Virus record (IMG/VR): IMGVR_UViG_3300027708_001637
Length of the DNA: 64,000 nt
Source of the DNA: a virus
Direction: 5' to 3' (one strand)
The notes beneath the pieces are model-generated. The model ran no database searches and was not told the origin of the DNA. It was given only the letters and a program-made list of their open reading frames with translations. A program made the position numbers and the translations under genes. Positions 45,599 through 54,673 of the stretch are shown here, one piece after another (position 1 is the stretch's first letter; each line of letters begins with the position of its first letter).

Positions 45599-46395
45599 TT
45601 CTTTCTCCAAAATTCTAAATGCATATTTCTATACATATTAGTCAACTCTCTGCCAATAACTTCTTCAGGTGGGGGACTGGCTTTCTTCAATGTAGGCCTA
45701 ACATCGTGTAGTCCAACAAGGCCGCCGTGAAACCCATCATTCTCATCCATGGGCTGTAGATTATTTGTATCTAATTTAAATGTATCAATGTTGATAAAAT
45801 TACAAATCTTATCAATAGTTTCTTGACCATTGCCTACAATATCTTTGTATTCTAAAAATAACATTTCAACATCGCCCGAATTAACACCAATACGTAAACT
45901 AGTATAAGGATGGGAGATGTATTTTTCCCAAAGTATTTTACATCGATTTTTAGTGTTGACTGGTAAACCCGAATCAATTAAATCCTGGTCGACGAATGTA
46001 ACTCTATCATTATTACGCTCAATCAATAAACAGTATGATGCTAGAATATCAGGAATACTACGAACCGTACAAATAATCAATGGCTTGAATCCAAACACTT
46101 GTCTAGTAATGGCGCCATATCTGGGCCACAATCTATTTTTATCAACGATTGTTTGTTTATCAATATGTTTATATGCACCATCGATTGCACCCAACATAAT
46201 ATTGCTGTACTGTTTGGGGTGCGGATCAACTAATGCTTGACTAATATTAGGCCACTGTTCGCCAATTATGCCAACTAGGTCTGCTACTGGGCTGGTAGTT
46301 GATGCATATATTTCTGGATGTTGATTTAACATTGAACTGAGTACTTGACTGCCAGATCTAGGAATTCCAGAAAGCATAACAAAATTCTTGTTCAT
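45595..46395 (-). CDS. sulfotransferase
   Basis: SGIPRSGSQVL, IICTVRSIPDILAS. Confidence 0.8.
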   Translation of the reverse strand: MNKNFVMLSGIPRSGSQVLSSMLNQHPEIYASTTSPVADLVGIIGEQWPNISQALVDPHPKQYSNIMLGAIDGAYKHIDKQTIVDKNRLWPRYGAITRQVFGFKPLIICTVRSIPDILASYCLLIERNNDRVTFVDQDLIDSGLPVNTKNRCKILWEKYISHPYTSLRIGVNSGDVEMLFLEYKDIVGNGQETIDKICNFINIDTFKLDTNNLQPMDENDGFHGGLVGLHDVRPTLKKASPPPEEVIGRELTNMYRNMHLEFWRKK

Positions 46396-47114
46396 AATTG
46401 TCTACGGGGCAACGATGGAATTTTAGGCACAACAGGTTTTACTATTGCGGGCGGAGTAATAGTTGCGGGTCGGCCAGCTTTGGACCAAACAGAATAATCA
46501 CCTTGGAATTTATAAGGACCGATGTGACTGCAAGTCATACTGGGATCTAACCAAATTTTAAATCCACCGTCTATTAATTTTTGTAATGCATAAATGTCTT
46601 CACTCATCAAATCGTTATCAGTTACAATGACATCAAAAATCATTCTGCGTTCTTTGTTGTCTTTCTTGTCAATATAAGATTTATTAGTATCCCACAAGTA
46701 TTGCATTGCCTTACGATTCATACGTAGGAACCCAGTCCCTAAACCTTGAACTTCTATTAAGCCAGTTTTTGAATCAATTGGACCAGGGACTCTAACAACA
46801 TACTCTTCTCGGTCACCTTTTTTTCGATAAGTGCCGCCCACAACATCAACTGGATATTCTAGCAGTTTGAAGAACCATTCAGGTTGCCATTCGATGTCAC
46901 TGTCAATCCAGATGAGATCGTCGATGCCTGTTTCCAATGCAATATGAATAGTATCATTACGGGCACGCTGTATTAATGCATCAAAGCTGACCCACATTGG
47001 GGTGATTTCTACGTCGTGTTTGGCTGCTTGTTTAATAGTGTTTACTAAACTATTCGTATACCAAACATCTAATCTTCCGTCGTAGCACGGAGTACCTATC
47101 ATTACTTTACGCAT
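46392..47114 (-). CDS. GT-A fold glycosyltransferase-like protein
   Basis: IGTPCY, RARND, WIDSDI (DxD), GTGFL, SEDIY, CSHIG. Confidence 0.75.
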   Translation of the reverse strand: MRKVMIGTPCYDGRLDVWYTNSLVNTIKQAAKHDVEITPMWVSFDALIQRARNDTIHIALETGIDDLIWIDSDIEWQPEWFFKLLEYPVDVVGGTYRKKGDREEYVVRVPGPIDSKTGLIEVQGLGTGFLRMNRKAMQYLWDTNKSYIDKKDNKERRMIFDVIVTDNDLMSEDIYALQKLIDGGFKIWLDPSMTCSHIGPYKFQGDYSVWSKAGRPATITPPAIVKPVVPKIPSLPRRQL

Positions 47115-48016
47115 ATTTTATTAAAAAACTCCAACCATTCTCGAGCACGAGTGTGCCAAGAATATTGTTCATTGAACCAAAGACTTTGTTCATTTATAGT
47201 ATAGCTGTTAGCCCAATATGAGTCAATGGCAGCGTTTAGCGTTTCTGCATATCTTTCTGCCAAAAGATCCAAATCATCGCCGTATTGATAATCAACGTAA
47301 GTTGCCCATTTATCACAAGTTTCGGGTAGTGCTCCTAGATCAGTAGTTACAATTTTACATCCTGCTGCACCCGCTTCTATGGCAGCAAGGCAACTGGTTT
47401 CTTCATATATGCTAGGGTAGGCTAATATATGGCTTTGCTGTAATGCTTGTCTCACTGCCTTGTTCATTGCATACCCACGATAAATTATGCCGGGAGTCGT
47501 ACGACATTGATGAAATAAATGGTCGTGAGCGCCAGCAAGCTGATTGCTATATCCCTTACCATAAATTATATTACTGGAAAATACTGTTAGTTCAATATCT
47601 TTTCTATTGAGTATTTTAAACGCCTTGAGCAATACTTCCAAACCTCTATTTGGTGTAGAAGTATATATCAATTTAATTTTATCTTTTGGTTTTTCTTTAA
47701 ACTCGATGGGCTCTATAGCATTTTTGATTACGTGATTTTGACTTAGATTGATAGGGAATCTATTTTGAAATTGGGCCAGTTGCCAATCGCTAACATAAAC
47801 AAAGTGATCAATGGCTTCTATAAAATTAGTGTCAGCCATTCCTGCAATTGCACCTTGATCGTAGGCAAGATGTTGCCAAACAACATTAACACGATTGGGA
47901 TCAATGTATGCAGGATCACACACGCTTAGAACAAGATTGACTTTTCTTTGCCAATCTTGTCCAGCGTATTTTAAGAGATTATTGTTTAATATTTCAGAGC
48001 CGCCAAGAGGACGCAT
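47102..48016 (-). CDS. GT4 (GT-B) glycosyltransferase
   Basis: GGSE, YTSTPNRGL, YPSIYEETSCLAAIEAGAAG. Confidence 0.85.
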   Translation of the reverse strand: MRPLGGSEILNNNLLKYAGQDWQRKVNLVLSVCDPAYIDPNRVNVVWQHLAYDQGAIAGMADTNFIEAIDHFVYVSDWQLAQFQNRFPINLSQNHVIKNAIEPIEFKEKPKDKIKLIYTSTPNRGLEVLLKAFKILNRKDIELTVFSSNIIYGKGYSNQLAGAHDHLFHQCRTTPGIIYRGYAMNKAVRQALQQSHILAYPSIYEETSCLAAIEAGAAGCKIVTTDLGALPETCDKWATYVDYQYGDDLDLLAERYAETLNAAIDSYWANSYTINEQSLWFNEQYSWHTRAREWLEFFNKICVK

Positions 48017-48026
48017 AGTAACACCG

Positions 48027-51000
48027 TTAAGTGCTACTATTTAACCTGTCTTCTAAGGCTGTTATACGAGTCTTGAGACTGGCATTTTCTTCAGCAAGTT
48101 CTTGAATTGCTCGTACTATAATGGGTAATAGTTTTCCGGGAGTGGCTTCTAGCCGTTCTGGATTTTCTTCCAGCACCAATGGCAACCAATCCTTGACACC
48201 ATACTTTTCAGTAACTGCTAACAATTCCTGGGCAATAAATCCAGCTTCTGAAACGCCAACCTTTCCGCCGTCACGCATATTCCAGGTAAATTTAACTGGA
48301 CGGAGATCCATGATAAATTTTAGACCTAATGGAACATTTTCAACACTAGTTTTATCCCTAATATCAGACAGTGCGGTAATTGTAGTTACTTGAGCACGAA
48401 TTGTGGCAATATTTGCATCACCTAATGTGATTGTGTTGTTGCTGGTTGCAGTGAGACCTTGTGCGTTACAACCTAAGAATACATTATTAGAACCAGAAAA
48501 GGCCGCCGCAAATGCAGTGTTGTAGCCAATAGCAATATTATGATTGCCAGAACTAAAGTTGAGTGCAGACTGTCCAAAGGCAATATTATGGCAACCATTG
48601 CCACCACCACTAAGTGCATTACATCCAATAGCAATATTATTACTGCCAGTGATGTTACCTTGCAATGCACCATTTCCAACAGCCGTGTTACTACTACCAC
48701 TGGTGTTGTTGCAGAGTGCCCTGCATCCAAAAGCGACATTATTATTACCGTAACTATTGCTGTAGAGTGCGCAGATTCCTACAGCAAAATTATTAGCGCC
48801 AGTTGTGTTGAAAATAAGTGAAGCCCATCCAATAGCAACGTTATTACATCCGCTGGTGTTGCAATATAATGCTTGATATCCAATGGCAGTATTATTACAG
48901 CCGGTGTTGTTAAAGTAGAGAGCTCTGTATCCTATAGCCGTGTTACTAGCACCACTGGTGTTGTTGCAGAGTGCCTGACATCCAATGGCAGTATTATTAC
49001 AGCCAATGGTGTTGCCATAGAGTGCACAGGCGCCTACAGCAAAGTTGCCGCTGCCAATGGTGTTACTTGTCAATGCGTTAGAACCAACAGCAAAGTTACT
49101 ACTACCAGTAGTATTAGCTTTGAGTGCCGAATACCCAATTGCTGTGTTGTTGTTACCAGAGGAGTTGAAATAAAGTGCAGAACAGCCTAATGCAACATTA
49201 TTATTTCCCCCAGCGTTATTAGTAAGGGCAGCTTGGCCTACTGCAATATTATTAGAACCAACAAGGCCCGGGCCGCCAGCCTGGCCGTAGAGTGCATTGA
49301 AACCAATAGCAACGTTATTGCAGCCGCTATAGTTGTTAGTAAGTGCTGAGCAGCCAATGGCCAGATTATTTTTACCGCTGGTATTACAGGACAGCGCAAG
49401 GCAACCAATAGCTGTGTTATTTGAACCATTGAGACTGAAGCCAAGTGCAGAAGATCCAATTGCAACATTATTAATACCAGTAGTGTTAGATTTTAGTGCA
49501 CAACAGCCAATAGCAACATTATAGCTACCAGTAGTATTTGATGCTAACGATGTATAACCAATAGCAACATTACTATTACCAGAGGAGTTGGTATCTAGTG
49601 CATTACAACCTACTGCAAAGTTATCACAACCTAACGAATTACTATATAGTGCACCACTACCCAGAGCAGTATTATTGCCTCCAATAGTGTTTAGGAACAG
49701 TGCATTACATCCAATAGCAATGTTATAACCACCAGTAGTATTGCAGCATAATGCATATTGTCCTGCTGCAAAGTTATCACTACCAGCAGTATTTGAATAC
49801 AAGGCACCATAACCGATAGCAACGTTGTTACAACCAGTACGATTACAGTATAATGCAAACGAGCCAATTGCCAAATTATTTGAGCCAGTGGTATTGTTTA
49901 GTAAAGATACTGGTCCAATGGCAACGTTATTACAGCCACCGGTGTTATTAGAAAGTGCGCTGTTTCCTATAGCAGTATTATCAGTGCCAATAGTGTTGCA
50001 ATATAGTGCCTTATATCCCTGGGCAGAGTTGCTGTTGCCAAATGTATTATTGTATAGTGCCAGACAACCAATTGCAATGTTATTGGGACCAGTAGTATTA
50101 TTATAAAGAGCACAGCGTCCTACTGCAAAGTTATTTGAGCCACTAGTATTTTTATAAAGTGCATAAAATCCAATAGCTGTGTTGTTTGAGCCACTAGTAT
50201 TAATACCAAGTGCCTGATAACCAATAGCAGTATTATTATTACCGATGGTATTGGTGAATAATGCAGAACATCCAATAGCAAAGTTGTTGCAGCCATTGGT
50301 GTTCGATGTTAGAGATCCATATCCTATTGCAACGTTATTGATGCCAATAGTATTACAATAAAGTGCGCCACCTCCAATAGCTGTGTTATTACATCCAGAT
50401 GTATTATAGTTTAATGCAAAGGCCCCTACTGCAAAGTTATTTGAGCCAGAAGAATTAGAAGAAAGGGCGTTGCAGCCTAATGCAACATTATTATTGCCAA
50501 TGGTATTGCAAAGTAGCGCACAAGTTCCGTTTGCAATATTATTATTTCCAGAACTGTTGGCTCTTAAAGAATTCGCCCCAAACGCTATATTACCAGACCC
50601 GGTTAAATTACCACACAAGGCCCAATATCCCTGAGCAATATTATAACTTCCGGCTGTATTATTATAGAGCGAACAATATCCAATTGCAATGTTATGAATA
50701 CCAGTTAAGTTGAGCTGCATAGCAGAAAGACCAATGGCTGTGTTGTAAGATCCAGTAGTATTGCAAAACAATGTTTGATATCCAATAGCAATATTACTAA
50801 ATCCGCTAGTGTTAAAGTTCATTGCACTAGTTCCTACAGCAATGTTATTACTGCCAATGGTGTTTGCACATAAGGCACCATTTCCAACAGCAAAGTTACC
50901 GCAACCAATGGTGTTACCTGTCAATGCGTTAGAACCAACAGCAAAGTTACTACTACCAGTAGTATTAGCTCTGAGTGCCGAATACCCAATTGCTGTATTA

Positions 51001-54000
51001 TCAGTGCCAATAGTATTAGAAAGTAGTGCAAAACATCCAATAGCCACATTATTACTACCAGTAGTGTTTGAATATGCTGCACAGAAACCTACTGCAAAGT
51101 TATTTGAGCCGGTGGTGTTGTTTAGTAGTGCATTACATCCAATAGCTGTGTTATTTGAGCCACTAGTATTAATACCAAGTGCCTGATAACCAATAGCAGT
51201 ATTATTATTACCGTTGATATTGGCGAATAATGCAGAACATCCAATAGCAACGTTATGAGTACCGTAGGTGTTTTTGGCAAGCGTGGATGATCCTATTGCA
51301 ACGTTATTACGTCCTGAAGTATTACTACATAACGCAGAGCATCCTATTGCCGTGTTATTATAACCAGATGTATTATTGTACAGTGCCTGATAACCAATAG
51401 CTGTGTTATTACAACCAGCGGTGTTGCCATAGAGTGCAAAATATCCAATAGCTGTGTTATTACAACCAGAGCTGTTGACGTACAGAGATTTCTTTCCAAT
51501 TGCTGTGTTATTATTACCATAAGCGTTACAATACAAAGCCTGATATCCCTGGGCTACGTTATCATTGCCAGCGCAGGTAAAACGCATTGCACAGCCACCA
51601 ATAGCTATGTTATTACTACCAGAAGTGTTATAGTACAGCGTACATAGACCAATGGCTATATTATTTGAGCCGATTTCGTTTGCAGTTAGTGCCCTATATC
51701 CTTGAGCTATGTTATTTGAACCAGTGGTGTTGCAGCGGAGTGTGGCATAACCAATAGCTATGTTATTAGCACCAGTAGTGTTATAGTACAACGCAACTTG
51801 GCCAATAGCAGTGTTATTTGAGCCAGAAATATTACCATACAATGCATTGCAACCTATGGCAGTGTTATTACAACCAATAGTATTACATTTAAGTGCGCCA
51901 AAGCCCAATGCAACGTTGTTACTACCGCTGGTGTTTGTACACATGGCAAAACAACCAATTGCTAAATTATTGTTACCAGTAGTGTTTTTAGTTAGAGCAC
52001 TACACCCAATAGCAATGTTGTTACTACCAATAGTGTTTGCACATAAGGCAAATGGTCCAATGGCAACGTTTGTACAACCAGTAGTATTATTCTTTAATGC
52101 GTTATAACCTTGAGCAAAGTTATAACTACCAATGGTGTTGGCAGCTAATGCGTTGCATCCCGATGCAAAGTTTCCGTTACCAATGGTGTTAGCACATAGT
52201 GCCGCATATCCAACCGCAGCATTATTACTACCAGTAGTATTAGATAATAACGCTAAACATCCAATAGCAATGTTATTAACACCAGTGCTTGTTATATTGC
52301 TACTACAGTATCCTACACTAATATTACCAGTGCCACTTGTGGTATAGGCATACACAGTACCAAGTGCAGTTGGAGTTGCTGCACTTGCGCCACTGGTATT
52401 GACCAATGTATTGTTTACATATAATCCACTATTGTCAACACGAATACGTTCACAAGTACCAGCACCAATCAATACAGTACATACACATCCAGCAGCAGCT
52501 GATAATGAACCAATAATGGTGTTGTTAACACCAGTTGTTAATGCAGACCCTGCTAATGCACCAATTGCAATGTTACTACCAGAAGCATTACTTAATACTA
52601 ATGAACAGCAGCCAATTGCAATACTGTTACTGCCAGTGGTATTACATATAAGTGAATAATACCCTTGAGCAAAGTTATTACTACCACTGGTGTTGCAGAG
52701 AAGTGCATAATAACCTTGAGCAATATTGTTACAGCCAATAGTATTGTTTTGCATTGCACTACGGCCAATTGCTATGTTATTTGACCCAGTTGTAGTAAGT
52801 CTTAAAGACCAATAACCTTGGGCAAAGTTGTTACAGCCAGTAGAGTTGACTCCCAGTGCCTGATAACCTTGAGCAAAGTTAGAACCCCCAATGGTGTTCT
52901 TGCATAGCGCATTAAAACCAACAGCAAAGTTATTGCTACCGGTGGTATTACAATAAAGTGCTAGACTTCCAACCGCAAGATTGTTATTACCAGTACTATT
53001 TTTGGCAGCAGCACAGTAACCAATTGCAACGTTATTACAACCGCTTCCATTCAAAAAGAGTGCATTACAACCAATGGCTGTGTTATTACAGCCGCTGGTA
53101 TTTCCGTAAAGTGCAGCATAACCTAATGCAACATTATTACTTTGTATATTACCTTGGAGAGCACATTGACCAATAGCTATATTATAACAACCAGAAATAT
53201 TTGAGCATTGTGCTTTATACCCAGCGGCAAAGTTTCCAAATCCGTTAACATTAGATCTCAAACCGTAAGTACCAAAGGCAAAATTATCAACCCCAACAGT
53301 ATTGCAAGTAAACGCCTTATATCCCATTGCAATATTATTACAGCCGCCGCCGGCAAAACCAGCACAGAATCCAAACGCTATGTTATTATTGCCAGTAGTG
53401 CCGCAATATTGCGCCTTATACCCTTGAGCAAAGTTTTGACAGCCAATGGTATTATTAGCCAAGGCCTGTGACCCAATGGCAATGTTATTTGAACCAGAAG
53501 TGTTGCAGCAAAGAGCAGCATAGCCAATAGCAGTGTTACATCCGCCACTAGTATTATTGTACAGTGCACACGCACCAATTGCGGTATTACTACAACCAGA
53601 GGTATTATTAGTTAATGTAAGTATTCCAATGGCAACGTTGAAACTTCCCGATTTGTTACCACATAATGCTCGATATCCTTGAGCAACGTTACCGCAGCCA
53701 AACGAGTTACCATATAATGCGTTATTACCAATAGCAATGTTCTGCTGCCCAGAAGTATTGCAGTATAGGGTATTATTACCTAAAGCAATGTTATGACAAC
53801 CAACAGTATTGCATCGTAGAGAATTAGATCCAACAGCAATGTTTCCAGATCCAGTTGTGTTATTCACTAACGCAAACCTTCCAATAGCCACATTAGCACT
53901 GCCGTAGGTATTACAGCCAGCGGCACATAGGCCAACTGCAAAATTGTCCCAACCAGTGGTATTTTTGCATAATGCGCCAAGACCAAATGCAAAGTTATTA

Positions 54001-54563
54001 CAACCCGCATTGAGGGCCAATGCGCCAGTGCCAATACCAAGGCTGTTATAGGTAGCAGACAGTGCAGGAAATGTAGCACCGTTAACATATAATCCAGTAC
54101 TGTCAACTCGAATACGTTCAGTAGCGCCCGCACCAATCAATACTGTAGCAAAACAGCCAGCTGCTGCTGGTAATGAACCAATAACGGTATTAAAAGCACC
54201 AGTGGTAATGTTAACACCTGCACAATATCCAATAGCAATGTTGCTTGATCCACAAGTACTTGCTGCCAATGATACACATCCGATAGCTATGTTATTATTA
54301 CCAGTGGTATTACATTTAAGGGCCGAATATCCTTGAGCAATATTATTGTTGCCGTAAGTAGCACTACAAAGTGCACTGTTTCCAATGGCAATATTATTGT
54401 TACCTGAAGTATTACATTGTAAACTTAGCGTACCAATAGCTACGTTATTACACCCAGTAGTCAGACTAGATAAGTTTGATACACCAACTGCCACGTTACC
54501 GCTGGTGGTATTACATCCTGTTAAGTTAGGTATAATTGTATTTCCGCAAATTTTAATTGCCAT
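48027..54563 (-). CDS. tail fibre 1: Cys-rich YadA/Hep-Hag-like 14-aa repeats plus C-terminal S74 chaperone
   Basis: NTTGxNNxAIGxxAL repeats; SDIRDK...LRPVKFTW...GFIAQEL and coiled-coil end. Confidence 0.85.
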   Translation of the reverse strand: MAIKICGNTIIPNLTGCNTTSGNVAVGVSNLSSLTTGCNNVAIGTLSLQCNTSGNNNIAIGNSALCSATYGNNNIAQGYSALKCNTTGNNNIAIGCVSLAASTCGSSNIAIGYCAGVNITTGAFNTVIGSLPAAAGCFATVLIGAGATERIRVDSTGLYVNGATFPALSATYNSLGIGTGALALNAGCNNFAFGLGALCKNTTGWDNFAVGLCAAGCNTYGSANVAIGRFALVNNTTGSGNIAVGSNSLRCNTVGCHNIALGNNTLYCNTSGQQNIAIGNNALYGNSFGCGNVAQGYRALCGNKSGSFNVAIGILTLTNNTSGCSNTAIGACALYNNTSGGCNTAIGYAALCCNTSGSNNIAIGSQALANNTIGCQNFAQGYKAQYCGTTGNNNIAFGFCAGFAGGGCNNIAMGYKAFTCNTVGVDNFAFGTYGLRSNVNGFGNFAAGYKAQCSNISGCYNIAIGQCALQGNIQSNNVALGYAALYGNTSGCNNTAIGCNALFLNGSGCNNVAIGYCAAAKNSTGNNNLAVGSLALYCNTTGSNNFAVGFNALCKNTIGGSNFAQGYQALGVNSTGCNNFAQGYWSLRLTTTGSNNIAIGRSAMQNNTIGCNNIAQGYYALLCNTSGSNNFAQGYYSLICNTTGSNSIAIGCCSLVLSNASGSNIAIGALAGSALTTGVNNTIIGSLSAAAGCVCTVLIGAGTCERIRVDNSGLYVNNTLVNTSGASAATPTALGTVYAYTTSGTGNISVGYCSSNITSTGVNNIAIGCLALLSNTTGSNNAAVGYAALCANTIGNGNFASGCNALAANTIGSYNFAQGYNALKNNTTGCTNVAIGPFALCANTIGSNNIAIGCSALTKNTTGNNNLAIGCFAMCTNTSGSNNVALGFGALKCNTIGCNNTAIGCNALYGNISGSNNTAIGQVALYYNTTGANNIAIGYATLRCNTTGSNNIAQGYRALTANEIGSNNIAIGLCTLYYNTSGSNNIAIGGCAMRFTCAGNDNVAQGYQALYCNAYGNNNTAIGKKSLYVNSSGCNNTAIGYFALYGNTAGCNNTAIGYQALYNNTSGYNNTAIGCSALCSNTSGRNNVAIGSSTLAKNTYGTHNVAIGCSALFANINGNNNTAIGYQALGINTSGSNNTAIGCNALLNNTTGSNNFAVGFCAAYSNTTGSNNVAIGCFALLSNTIGTDNTAIGYSALRANTTGSSNFAVGSNALTGNTIGCGNFAVGNGALCANTIGSNNIAVGTSAMNFNTSGFSNIAIGYQTLFCNTTGSYNTAIGLSAMQLNLTGIHNIAIGYCSLYNNTAGSYNIAQGYWALCGNLTGSGNIAFGANSLRANSSGNNNIANGTCALLCNTIGNNNVALGCNALSSNSSGSNNFAVGAFALNYNTSGCNNTAIGGGALYCNTIGINNVAIGYGSLTSNTNGCNNFAIGCSALFTNTIGNNNTAIGYQALGINTSGSNNTAIGFYALYKNTSGSNNFAVGRCALYNNTTGPNNIAIGCLALYNNTFGNSNSAQGYKALYCNTIGTDNTAIGNSALSNNTGGCNNVAIGPVSLLNNTTGSNNLAIGSFALYCNRTGCNNVAIGYGALYSNTAGSDNFAAGQYALCCNTTGGYNIAIGCNALFLNTIGGNNTALGSGALYSNSLGCDNFAVGCNALDTNSSGNSNVAIGYTSLASNTTGSYNVAIGCCALKSNTTGINNVAIGSSALGFSLNGSNNTAIGCLALSCNTSGKNNLAIGCSALTNNYSGCNNVAIGFNALYGQAGGPGLVGSNNIAVGQAALTNNAGGNNNVALGCSALYFNSSGNNNTAIGYSALKANTTGSSNFAVGSNALTSNTIGSGNFAVGACALYGNTIGCNNTAIGCQALCNNTSGASNTAIGYRALYFNNTGCNNTAIGYQALYCNTSGCNNVAIGWASLIFNTTGANNFAVGICALYSNSYGNNNVAFGCRALCNNTSGSSNTAVGNGALQGNITGSNNIAIGCNALSGGGNGCHNIAFGQSALNFSSGNHNIAIGYNTAFAAAFSGSNNVFLGCNAQGLTATSNNTITLGDANIATIRAQVTTITALSDIRDKTSVENVPLGLKFIMDLRPVKFTWNMRDGGKVGVSEAGFIAQELLAVTEKYGVKDWLPLVLEENPERLEATPGKLLPIIVRAIQELAEENASLKTRITALEDRLNSST

Positions 54564-54673
54564 TACGCTGTCCTTTTATTTCTTCTCTAAAGGACGTGAT
54601 GGCATAATAACTTGAATAAGTTATAAGTGCGCCATCATCGTCCGTAAACTCAGCTATGGTATTTAGCCAAGAT

